From: Arcobacteraceae bacterium
GTDB taxonomy: Bacteria; Campylobacterota; Campylobacteria; Campylobacterales; Arcobacteraceae
NCBI GenBank assembly: GCA_963662945.1
Contig: OY759974.1
Coordinates: forward strand, 1,120,001-1,184,000
DNA length: 64,000 nt
Direction: 5' to 3'
Below the pieces are notes generated by a model, which had not been told where the DNA came from, did no database searches, and was given only the letters and a program-made list of their open reading frames with translations. This document shows, one piece after another, positions 20,552 through 29,760 of this stretch (its first letter is position 1; every line of letters starts with the position of its first letter). The position numbers and the translations under genes were made by a program.

Positions 20552-21733
20552 ATGGCACAGTCAAAGAGAAATCAGGATTGGGTTCAAGACTATTTCTTTT
20601 TGATTATTCCAAAACTTCTACCAGATGAGTTATTAAGTTCATGGCTTACAAGATTAGCAATTGAACATAGATATAAACTTTCTGACTTTCTATCTTTATT
20701 TGTTAGAAAACAAGGACATAAAATCTGTAATATAGATATAGATTTTCAGTACAATGAAAAATTATTTCTAACCTTAGCTTTAAAAAGCAATATACCTATA
20801 AAAGATATTTGGAAACTGTCCCTTAGTAGTGAAGAGGGATATCTCTATTCCTGTAATGATTGCCTCTATCCTCCTAAACAAATAAGAAAATTAAAAGACA
20901 AAAGAACACACTATGGACTGATGTTTTGTCCAAAATGTTTAGCTGAAGATAAAATACCTTATTTTAGAAAAAAATGGAGATACTATTTTTATAATGCTTG
21001 TCCTAAACATAATATTTTTTTAACAGATAGATGTTGGTGCTGCTATGAAAGAATTTGTCTTCCTAAAATATCACATATGAAAGGTTTATCATATTGCAGT
21101 AGATGTGAAAAAGATTTAAGTACTACTATAGCAATACCTTTACAAAGTAATTATCAATATGCTTTAAAGGCTATACGATGGTTTGAAAAAGGTTTAAAAA
21201 AAGGCTATTTTATCATCAATCATCAAAAAGTAGCTTCTCTATTTGTCTTTGAAAGCTTCACAAATCTTTGCTTTTTACTTGATAGAAAAGAAAATTTAGT
21301 TTTAGATAACTTTCCAATGATTCAAGAATACGAAACAATATGTAAAAAACTTGCAAAATATGATTCTAAAAAAGCAACTTCTATACAAAAAGATTTTATC
21401 TTAACAGCAATGGTATATTTTTTATTTCAAAACTATCCAAAAAATATTCTAAGTTTTGCAGAAACTAACCATCTAACACATAGAGAATTTGTACATGGTT
21501 TTATAGATATCCCATATTGGTACAAAAATATAATTGACGAACTACTACCAGCACAAAATAAAATTGGTAGAGAGATAAGTGAAAGTGAAGTTAGAGCAGC
21601 TATAAAATATTTACAGAAACAGAATACTAAAGTAACACAGGAGGCAGTTGCAAACATTGTTGGCTGTCATTTTAGTATTCATAAGGGATTTGTGAAAATT
21701 TATAAAGATGCAAAAAAGTATTTGACCTTATAA
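20552..21733 (+). CDS. tniQ: TniQ/TnsD target-selection protein with C-terminal HTH-like extension
   Basis: PDELLSSWLTRLA, CPKC...CPKH and CWCC...CSRC zinc ligands; C-terminal EVRAAIKYL...VTQEAVANIVG. Confidence 0.9.
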   Translation: MAQSKRNQDWVQDYFFLIIPKLLPDELLSSWLTRLAIEHRYKLSDFLSLFVRKQGHKICNIDIDFQYNEKLFLTLALKSNIPIKDIWKLSLSSEEGYLYSCNDCLYPPKQIRKLKDKRTHYGLMFCPKCLAEDKIPYFRKKWRYYFYNACPKHNIFLTDRCWCCYERICLPKISHMKGLSYCSRCEKDLSTTIAIPLQSNYQYALKAIRWFEKGLKKGYFIINHQKVASLFVFESFTNLCFLLDRKENLVLDNFPMIQEYETICKKLAKYDSKKATSIQKDFILTAMVYFLFQNYPKNILSFAETNHLTHREFVHGFIDIPYWYKNIIDELLPAQNKIGREISESEVRAAIKYLQKQNTKVTQEAVANIVGCHFSIHKGFVKIYKDAKKYLTL

Positions 21734-21734
21734 A

Positions 21735-22736
21735 CTAATCCTTGATTTTATCAAATAAGTCAAACTCTATTGTATATTTATTAATTCTAAAATACCCTTC
21801 GCTTGATGATGCAGAGTAAGAATCAGTAAATGGGTAATGTATATGTAAATTTATATCCTGATTATCATAATATTCATTCTCAAATATATAAAATAAAGCA
21901 ATTCCTATAGTTTGCGCTTTTGTTGCTAAAGGAGCTAAATGAATATTGTTAACTGCACTTTTATTTATAGATACATATTTTTTAACATATTCTGAAATAA
22001 CATGAGCTGTAATAAATGGGTTATTAGCAGGAGCATAAAGCAATTCTGTATTTTCTTTTATACCAAGTTCAGTTTTTGATTTTAATAAATTTAATATATT
22101 TTCTTGATACATAATAGCTTGCAAAGAAGGAAAACCAATTAATGGTTTAATTTCATTTGCTGTGACATTACGTATAACTTTATTAACCAATTTAGAATCA
22201 TATCCTACATTTACTATAAATAAATCATTTTCTCCTGATTTTGAGTATGTTTCGTATGGTGAGACAATATTTCTTGATTCAACAATATTATCAGAAAATT
22301 TTGTTTTATCACTTTTTAAATATCTCTGAGGTTCTGTATAAATTAAGTCGAATTTATCGATTCCCTTTTCTTTAAACCAAAATAAAAGAAAAACTAAATA
22401 AGGCTTATTAAAACCTGTTGTATCTATACAAATTTTATCCTTATCAGTAATATTTATATATTTTTCACACATGGCATTAATATATTCAGATTCTTTAATA
22501 TTATGATTAATTATATTATATTCAAAGATTTCACCATTAATTTGGGAAGTATCTATATTGTATTCTGGGAAAATTAAATATATCTTTTTTTCTGCCTGTA
22601 TATTATCATATGTTTTAATGACAATATCTTCTTGTGTGTATGCAGAGATAAATAAATCATAATTTTCAATATCTGTAGAAAACTCTTCAAAGCTTCTATA
22701 AGAATCATAATTAAAAAGATGATACTTACTAATCAT
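21735..22736 (-). CDS. Uncharacterised alpha/beta protein, last gene of the 4-gene cargo operon
   Basis: 333 aa (IDTTGF, YTEP, GFPSL, LAPLATK); 1-nt overlap with the ATPase stop. Confidence 0.65.
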   Translation of the reverse strand: MISKYHLFNYDSYRSFEEFSTDIENYDLFISAYTQEDIVIKTYDNIQAEKKIYLIFPEYNIDTSQINGEIFEYNIINHNIKESEYINAMCEKYINITDKDKICIDTTGFNKPYLVFLLFWFKEKGIDKFDLIYTEPQRYLKSDKTKFSDNIVESRNIVSPYETYSKSGENDLFIVNVGYDSKLVNKVIRNVTANEIKPLIGFPSLQAIMYQENILNLLKSKTELGIKENTELLYAPANNPFITAHVISEYVKKYVSINKSAVNNIHLAPLATKAQTIGIALFYIFENEYYDNQDINLHIHYPFTDSYSASSSEGYFRINKYTIEFDLFDKIKD

Positions 22737-24745
22737 TATAAAGTATCTCCAAATAAACTAGGAGTAATAAAAGAAAGCACTTTTTCTTTTTTGTTGAAAG
22801 GGGCATTATATCTTGACATATACTCTTTATGAATATTTAGCCATTCTTTATCTTCACCTTTACATAATATCTCTATATCATCAGCTTTAAATTGAAAAGT
22901 TCCTCCTATAGCAATATGCAAATCCCATTTTGCTGTTAAGATTGCAGGGACAGAATAACTATCCAACATCATTCCAGAGTTATTTTTTTCTTTTTTATCA
23001 ATACTTTTTTTTATTAGTAACATATGATTAACTGCTTTAGTAAGAATTGACTCTGATTCCTCTGATAATGTACCCTTATAGGAAAAAGCAATCAATGTTT
23101 TCTCCGTAGGTTTATTTGACATTCGAAATGCTTTAAAAAAACTATTTATTCTCTCTATCATTTTAATAACGAGTTTATTTTCTATATCTATAATTGCATA
23201 AGTCCAAAACTCATCTGAAGCATCTTTTATTGCTTTATATTGAGTTTTACATTTTATGGGATTATTACTATCAAACATAGGTTCTTCAGAAAATTTAGAA
23301 TTAATATAAATTTCACTTAATATCAACATTAAATTTCTAGGATTTGCATGCGAAAAATCAATTATTTTTTCAAGACCACAATTAAAAAATGTTATCGAAT
23401 AATCTCTACAAATCTGAAAGTAAAAGGTATTTTTTAAATGCCTAAGAGTTTCATTATCATGAATATTTTTAGAACTTCCTTCCATTGAACTTTTAATTTC
23501 TATACTTTTTTCAACTAAATTCTTGTTTTTACTCCAAGCTTGATATAGCAACCATATATTTTCTTTTTCTTTAAGTGGATCCATTGGACAAAATAAATTA
23601 TCTATTATAATTGATATTTCATCTAATGATAAACTTAATTCTTCTGAATATTCTTCTAACTGTTTTGATAAAGTTAAAAAATACTTTCTATCTTTCGAGT
23701 CAGGATGAATATCTAATACTTTTTTGATTATTTGATTTTCATTTAATTTTTGAAAAGAATCAATAAGAGCTTTCTCATCTAAATTAGCAAGATTTTTATT
23801 AAGTCTTTTTCTAATTAAATTAATAGCAAACTGTTTATAGTTGTTTGAATTATCAAGGTATGTTTCTAAATATTTTTTCGTTACTTCTGCATATGAATTT
23901 TTTTCATCATCTGAAAAAGTTTTTTCTTCTTTTATTGAATATAATCTACCTGATATTCTTATTGAAATTCTTTCTGAATATTTAGGGTGTCTTAAAATTG
24001 TATTCACAAAAACTTGCTGTTCTTTACTTAAATCTTCAAACTGGTCTAATAAAAATAAGAATCGAACATCTTTCAAAATCTTACTAGAATCTAGTATATA
24101 ATAACATATATCATAGAACATATTCGATCTTGTATCGAAAACTACATCAATATCAAGAGAATCTTTAAATCCTGTACGTAATCTCGAAAAAGCCCTATCA
24201 ACTTTTTTATGTTCTTGTCGGATTTTTTTATATATATACTCTATTGTAATTGTTTCATCAACTGAATCAAAAAAACACTCATTATACATACTAGAAACTT
24301 TTTCACAGTCTATATCATCTAACCCATTTAGCTGTAAATCTATTATTTGTTCTAAAAATGCTTCAATCAAAATTAAATTAAAATAATAAAAATACCACTC
24401 TTCCCAAATTGACTTATCTAATTTTGAGCCACTAAATCTTTCAAACTGAAAGTTTCCTAATTCTAATAGTAAACTTGTATATTTATCCTCTTTAATTTGC
24501 TCTAATATGGATCTATGTGTCGTTTTTAAAGCTCTAATTTTTTGAGCCTTATAAGAGCAATATCGTAAAATGTGAGTTTTCCCACTTCCTTTTCCGCCTA
24601 ATATTATTAAAGGTCTAGGATTTGTAGGTTCAATTACATCCAAAAACTTTTTATGTTCAATTTCATCATTTAATTCAACCCAAAAATTAACTATTTCATC
24701 ATTATTTAAATGAACAGCTTTAATATTTGAAAATGGATTATTCAT
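22736..24745 (-). CDS. P-loop ATPase (ORC/Cdc6- or STAND-like)
   Basis: Walker A GGKGSGKT, Walker B FLLDQFE, later SHANPRNL sensor-like motif; 669 aa. Confidence 0.75.
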   Translation of the reverse strand: MNNPFSNIKAVHLNNDEIVNFWVELNDEIEHKKFLDVIEPTNPRPLIILGGKGSGKTHILRYCSYKAQKIRALKTTHRSILEQIKEDKYTSLLLELGNFQFERFSGSKLDKSIWEEWYFYYFNLILIEAFLEQIIDLQLNGLDDIDCEKVSSMYNECFFDSVDETITIEYIYKKIRQEHKKVDRAFSRLRTGFKDSLDIDVVFDTRSNMFYDICYYILDSSKILKDVRFLFLLDQFEDLSKEQQVFVNTILRHPKYSERISIRISGRLYSIKEEKTFSDDEKNSYAEVTKKYLETYLDNSNNYKQFAINLIRKRLNKNLANLDEKALIDSFQKLNENQIIKKVLDIHPDSKDRKYFLTLSKQLEEYSEELSLSLDEISIIIDNLFCPMDPLKEKENIWLLYQAWSKNKNLVEKSIEIKSSMEGSSKNIHDNETLRHLKNTFYFQICRDYSITFFNCGLEKIIDFSHANPRNLMLILSEIYINSKFSEEPMFDSNNPIKCKTQYKAIKDASDEFWTYAIIDIENKLVIKMIERINSFFKAFRMSNKPTEKTLIAFSYKGTLSEESESILTKAVNHMLLIKKSIDKKEKNNSGMMLDSYSVPAILTAKWDLHIAIGGTFQFKADDIEILCKGEDKEWLNIHKEYMSRYNAPFNKKEKVLSFITPSLFGDTL

Positions 24746-25729
24746 TCAACTATTTCCTTTTTTTAAAAGCATATACTTTTTACTATATCGTTTAAATATT
24801 GATTGCCATTGCTTATTATTTGCCCAAAATATGGGAAGACTATTATTAGGAATATTATAAAAAAACCCTAATGCTAATTGGCCATCAGCAAATCCACACT
24901 CGTCCTTATTTAATTTTTTATTTTCATCTCTACTAATATCTTCATTTCCTAACTCAAACTTTTTTGAATAAGTATTTACACATAGTTCTTTAAATTCTTC
25001 TTTACAATTAGAAATAGTTTGAAAATATCTAGAAGTATCTGAAAAAACCTTATATGTCTCATCCAATTCAAAAATAGTATCAACATTATCAAATAGTTTT
25101 GAATCTTTTAGAGTTTTTAATGCTGTAGTAGTTGCAAATAGCGTGAAATATGAAATTTTAATTTTAGGAACTTTAGTTCTAATCTCTGAAATAATTTTAT
25201 GAAAACTTTCATTAGTTGCCTGACTACCACTACCACTTATATCATCAATATAAATTAACTGTTCTAGTTCATTATATTTTTCATTAACTATTAGTTCACA
25301 AGAATGAATAAATAATTCCTTTGGAATATTATTTCTTTGCCTAAAAAAATAAAGTATTATACTACTACTTTCTGATGGATTACCAATACTAGAAAATCTA
25401 GTTTTTAATAAGCTGTCATCTAAATATTCATTGTAATCATTTAACTTTAATGATTTCATTTCTTTTCTATATTTCTTTACTAAAGGAGCAATATATTTAT
25501 CTTTATATAATGATTTTAAAGCCTGTTTTATTTCTCTCTGATCATAAAACATAAATTGACTAAGAAGACTTAACGCAATAAACTTATTTTTATTTCTTTT
25601 ATCAGAAACTTCTTCAAAGTTCTTTAACCATTCTTCTATATCTTGTTCTAAAACTTTATGTCCCCATAACCATGTTGATAAATCTTGTATTTGGTCTTTT
25701 AACTTTTGTATTTGATTATTATATGTCAT
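24746..25729 (-). CDS. Phosphoribosyltransferase-fold protein
   Basis: PRPP-loop motif LIYIDDISGSGSQ; also GNPSESS and IPNNSLPIFW. Confidence 0.7.
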   Translation of the reverse strand: MTYNNQIQKLKDQIQDLSTWLWGHKVLEQDIEEWLKNFEEVSDKRNKNKFIALSLLSQFMFYDQREIKQALKSLYKDKYIAPLVKKYRKEMKSLKLNDYNEYLDDSLLKTRFSSIGNPSESSSIILYFFRQRNNIPKELFIHSCELIVNEKYNELEQLIYIDDISGSGSQATNESFHKIISEIRTKVPKIKISYFTLFATTTALKTLKDSKLFDNVDTIFELDETYKVFSDTSRYFQTISNCKEEFKELCVNTYSKKFELGNEDISRDENKKLNKDECGFADGQLALGFFYNIPNNSLPIFWANNKQWQSIFKRYSKKYMLLKKGNS

Positions 25730-27092
25730 TATTTTTCTTAAATACTACAATATATTCTCTAGAAATAACACTAGCAGTTTTATTCCTTTTTGTCATTAAT
25801 CCTCGAGATTTAATATCATCAATTAAAATTAACTCTGTTGAAAATCCAATTTTTTCAGCAATCTTTATTAAATATTTATGGGTCATAAACTCATACCCTG
25901 CAATAGTATTATTACCAATTACCATCACAAAATAACCATTATTTTTTAAAACTTTATAATAATGAGTAAAAGATTCCTGCATTTCAAGTAAGTATTTATA
26001 TGTAATATAGGCTCGTAACTTATTTTTTTCATAAATCTTTAATAATATTTTATCAATTTTATTTATCCCAAAAACATGTAACTTGTCATATTCTTTTTTT
26101 GGAAAGTGTTCTCTACCAATTGATTGCTTATCTAATTCAGCAATCGTAGAATTATTTAGCTCTAGCCACTGTAAACTTAAACTAGAAGCTCTGATATATT
26201 TTTGTGCACTAACATAAGGAGGTGAAGTTAAAATCAATTGAACCGTATTTTTTTTAATATCTTTTTTTGTTAAATGTTTAATATCACTATTATATACAGT
26301 AACTTCATTTGAACTTAACATTGTACTATTTTGATATTCAACAAGTCTAGCTATATTCTTATTGGCTTGTTCAATAAAAAATTCAAAAACTTTACTTTTA
26401 TCAATAAATTTTAAATTTTTTATAGCAGCTTCTCTAAGAGAATGACCTTCTGGAAATTTATCTTTATTAATTTTTACTGGTACTGAAATTCTAGGATCAG
26501 AATAACTGAACTTTTTACAACAAATAGAAAAAACTACCAAATAAAACTCTTTTATATTTTGATCACTAATTTGACTAACGATATCTTTAATTTTAGATAA
26601 TTTTCGCATATTTTGTTTACTATACCAATGTTCTATATTTGACACTTTAGGTATATGATATTGTTTTTTAGAGCTGCTATAAATTTCAAAAAGATTTTTA
26701 ATATTTTCTAACTCTTGTTTTAAATTAATTATATCTACTTTGGAAGTTTTTGTTTTTGCAATTAAAGCAGCTAGTGGATTAACATCAACACCTATTGCAT
26801 TTCTATTAGCAAGAGATGCTTCTAATAGTACTGTTCCTGTTCCACAAAAGGGATCTACTACTATATCTTGTTCTCTAGAAAAAACTGTATTATTTAAAAA
26901 AAAATATGGTATTTGCTGTAATAACTTTGCAGGATAAGAATGTATAAAATGAGTATGTCTATCCATATTTACAATACTAGGTACTAATTCTCTAAAATTA
27001 ACAGTTATTGGTTCTTGATTCTCTTTATATTTATTTATTAATTCTAAAATATAATTATCAAAAAAACTAATACCCTTATATTGTTTATTCAT
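25719..27092 (-). CDS. Amino-group DNA methyltransferase (probably m4C; motif I before motif IV)
   Basis: HSYPAK, SAM-binding DPFCGTGT, catalytic TSPPY. Confidence 0.88.
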   Translation of the reverse strand: MNKQYKGISFFDNYILELINKYKENQEPITVNFRELVPSIVNMDRHTHFIHSYPAKLLQQIPYFFLNNTVFSREQDIVVDPFCGTGTVLLEASLANRNAIGVDVNPLAALIAKTKTSKVDIINLKQELENIKNLFEIYSSSKKQYHIPKVSNIEHWYSKQNMRKLSKIKDIVSQISDQNIKEFYLVVFSICCKKFSYSDPRISVPVKINKDKFPEGHSLREAAIKNLKFIDKSKVFEFFIEQANKNIARLVEYQNSTMLSSNEVTVYNSDIKHLTKKDIKKNTVQLILTSPPYVSAQKYIRASSLSLQWLELNNSTIAELDKQSIGREHFPKKEYDKLHVFGINKIDKILLKIYEKNKLRAYITYKYLLEMQESFTHYYKVLKNNGYFVMVIGNNTIAGYEFMTHKYLIKIAEKIGFSTELILIDDIKSRGLMTKRNKTASVISREYIVVFKKNNDI

Positions 27093-27167
27093 TACTGCCC
27101 CAATTAATTCTTAATTTGTTAATATAACAAATTCAAGCTGCTATTAAGATAAAATGGTAAGTAAATT

Positions 27168-27947
27168 TTAAAATTCTATTTCAATACCTATTGGACAATG
27201 GTCAGAACCTTCTATTTCATCTAAAATAAAAGCATCTTTTAGTTTATTTTGTAAATCACTAGAAATAAAAATATAGTCAATTCTCCAGCCTTCATTTTTT
27301 ACTCGTCCTCTTGATCGATAAGACCACCAAGTATAAGCTTCTTCTTTTTCTCCATGAATCTGTCTATAGGTATCTATATAACCTACTTGGATAAACTTAT
27401 CTACACACTCCCTTTCAATATCAGAAAATCCAGACTTACTATATATTTTAGTTTTTTTTAAATCAATATCTTTATGTGCAATATTAAAATCACCACAGAT
27501 TATTATAGATTTTCCATCAGCTCGTAATTCTTCACAATGTGAAAAAAATTTATTATAAAAATTAATTTTAAATTCTAATCTTTCTTTTGATATCTTGCCA
27601 TTTGGAAAATAAACATTGAAAACTACTATATTTTCATAGTGTTGCTCAATAACCCTACCTTCCATATCAGCATCAACTAATTCACAAGTATTTTCTCTGA
27701 CGAAATCTATATTAGAATATGTCAAAGTACCAGATAAACCTTTCGTAATACCACTATTTACTGTAAAATTTTTATACTGTTTATTAAAGCTTTTAGGTAT
27801 TTCTTCTTTTATTGCTTTAATCTCTTGTAGACATAAAATATGAGGATGGATTTCATCAACCCAAAAAAAAGAATCTTTTTTTGCAGCAGCTCTTAAACCA
27901 TTAACATTCCATGAAAATATTCTTATTTTTTCTTTTAAAGTTTTTAT
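27168..27947 (-). CDS. xth: Exodeoxyribonuclease III / AP endonuclease (no canonical start codon)
   Basis: Frame open upstream of the track ORF through FSWNVNGLRA and LCLQEIK. NVYFPNG, GDFNIAH, RIDY and SDHCP intact. Best start is ATA 27947, 7 nt after AGGA. Confidence 0.85.
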   Translation of the reverse strand: MKTLKEKIRIFSWNVNGLRAAAKKDSFFWVDEIHPHILCLQEIKAIKEEIPKSFNKQYKNFTVNSGITKGLSGTLTYSNIDFVRENTCELVDADMEGRVIEQHYENIVVFNVYFPNGKISKERLEFKINFYNKFFSHCEELRADGKSIIICGDFNIAHKDIDLKKTKIYSKSGFSDIERECVDKFIQVGYIDTYRQIHGEKEEAYTWWSYRSRGRVKNEGWRIDYIFISSDLQNKLKDAFILDEIEGSDHCPIGIEIEF

Positions 27948-27963
27948 TAATATTTCCTATTAG

Positions 27964-29670
27964 CTATAAAAATATCTTTCCAATTAATCCAACTACCCAT
28001 TTAAACTTTTCATTATCAGTTAAATTTTCATTTCTCTCATGATTTTTTGTAGTGAATTTAATAGAACTCTCTTTATCTTGTTTTTTCATAGTATTTATTG
28101 CTTCAAGATCTTTAAAATGACGTGCTATGAAAATATGAAAATCACTATCCAAAATCTTTTGTTCTGATACCAATATCCAACTACTAGAAGCTGATGAAGG
28201 ATAATTTTCAAGTTCCAAAATTCCTACATGGAAATTTTTATAAATAAACGTTGCAGTTAAATACTGTCTAGGTCTACCATGCATCATACATTTAGAATTT
28301 ATATCTTCTGTATCTTTGATTGTAACTTTTGGCAACTCTTTTACCTCACTTAAATAAAATGATATTATCTCTTTTTGTATTTTTAAAAAATCCATGTATT
28401 GTCTAAATACTACAAAATTATCTATCTCAGATAAAGGCTTTGACTCATTCTGCTCTTTTTCAAAATTACTTGATACGACTACTTTTCTAATTTTTTTCTT
28501 CCCTTTTGTAGAAGACTCTGTTAGACTTTGATCAACTGCCTCATCAGATTGATGTTCTTCATAGATTTTAAATAAATCAATTATAGTCTCTTTAGTTACC
28601 GTCTCACTTTCAATTTCAATACCTTGAAGACTTCCACAAGTTTTTCTTTTTTCTTTTTGATGTTGAGTCTGAGTATTTTTTTTACTAGCAGCTTCAACTT
28701 TTAAAATTTCTGTTGTTTCATCTGGATTTTCTATATCTACTTTTGGTAAATTTTCTAATTCATCAATATCTGTTATTACCTTGTCTTTTTCATAATATTT
28801 AGTAAATTTATCAAAACCAATATCTGAATAATCATTTGTTATCTCATGCACATAATAAAATTCTTCATTTGTATCATCATTTTTCAATAAAGCTGCTCTT
28901 GTTTCAATTTTAAATATTTCTTTTATAGGAAACTTTACTTTAATAGGAACTGTCTTTATATCTTCTTTTTCTGGATAATTGTCATGCATAAACTTTAAAT
29001 AACTATGTATATACTTTGCAACATCTTCAAAAGCATAAGTTGCATCAGACTGACAGGCATATCTGTGAATAAAAGCAGCATCTGCATCTATTCTTGGATA
29101 TCTTAGTACAATTGAAGCATCATCCCTATCACAACAACAACCACTATATAGGTCATCTAATTTACATTTTAATACTGCTTCTCTTAAATGGGTAAATCTA
29201 TAGTAAAAGTAAATTGCAACTGCATAGTGGGGGATAATAATATTTACATTATCTTGTTTGAATAAATAACAATAGTTATACTTAGCTTCTTTTAAAAATT
29301 TTCTTTTCCAACCTATTAGTGAAACTATACTTTTTTCATCAAGTATTTTATGTAAATGTAAAGTATTGCTTTCTGCCAAATGTGTCGTATCAATAAGAAA
29401 GCTTTTTTCAGTTATATCTTTATTCGTATAATATTTAGTTTTGTCACCCTTTAGAAATGATTTTTCTAAAGGATAGTGGGTAAACAAAAGTTCAGGTGAC
29501 ATTTCATATAAAAAAACTTCTTTTTTTGTTATATTTTTGACTACAACATCAAAATGACTTTGACTATATTCTTCATCATCAAGTCTTAATCTAAGAGGAA
29601 AAAGTATTTTAAAAATATCTGTAGGATTATCTACCATAAATTCAGGGATAACACTCTTAGACTTTGACAT
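27964..29670 (-). CDS. TnsE-like protein
   Basis: 568 aa with blocks colinear with Tn7 TnsE as I recall it: IIIPHYAVAIYF~YHIPQLELARSLF; YYVHEI~YLVEEI; NFVVFRQYMDFLK~RFAAFDELLSILK; LPKV...C..GRPR~LPKV...C.DGSPR; GILELE~VLLEVD. Confidence 0.7.
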   Translation of the reverse strand: MSKSKSVIPEFMVDNPTDIFKILFPLRLRLDDEEYSQSHFDVVVKNITKKEVFLYEMSPELLFTHYPLEKSFLKGDKTKYYTNKDITEKSFLIDTTHLAESNTLHLHKILDEKSIVSLIGWKRKFLKEAKYNYCYLFKQDNVNIIIPHYAVAIYFYYRFTHLREAVLKCKLDDLYSGCCCDRDDASIVLRYPRIDADAAFIHRYACQSDATYAFEDVAKYIHSYLKFMHDNYPEKEDIKTVPIKVKFPIKEIFKIETRAALLKNDDTNEEFYYVHEITNDYSDIGFDKFTKYYEKDKVITDIDELENLPKVDIENPDETTEILKVEAASKKNTQTQHQKEKRKTCGSLQGIEIESETVTKETIIDLFKIYEEHQSDEAVDQSLTESSTKGKKKIRKVVVSSNFEKEQNESKPLSEIDNFVVFRQYMDFLKIQKEIISFYLSEVKELPKVTIKDTEDINSKCMMHGRPRQYLTATFIYKNFHVGILELENYPSSASSSWILVSEQKILDSDFHIFIARHFKDLEAINTMKKQDKESSIKFTTKNHERNENLTDNEKFKWVVGLIGKIFL

Positions 29671-29691
29671 TTTATTTTCTTATTTTATTCT

Positions 29692-29760
29692 CAATATCAA
29701 ACTTTAATAAAATCATTATCAAACTTTATTGTCCATTATCAAACTTTTTTGTTTCTTACA
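29692..29760 (-). repeat. Right end: terminal TGT plus three closely spaced TnsB-binding sites
   Basis: Minus strand reads TGTAAGAA-ACAAAAAAGTTTGATAATG-G-ACAATAAAGTTTGATAATG-ATT-TTATTAAAGTTTGATATTG (sites at 29734-52, 29714-32, 29692-710). Confidence 0.9.

Larger units (their letters stand above)
11153..29760. mobile_element. Tn7-like transposon (18,608 bp) inserted in the 3' end of mnmG
   Basis: Starts TGTGAGATACAATAAAGTTTGAG and ends TCAAACTTTTTTGTTTCTTACA. Multiple TnsB-type sites at both ends, TTTCA duplication, encodes TnsA/B/C, TniQ and a TnsE-like protein. Confidence 0.93.

Noticed and set aside
27863-27882. Homopolymer runs in xth as a frameshift or phase-variation site
   Set aside because: The reading frame is continuous through both runs, and A/T runs of 7-8 nt are common in this window.
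11153-29760. CRISPR-associated transposon (CAST)
   Set aside because: No recognisable cas genes and no repeat-spacer array; the repeats present are TnsB sites and ends.
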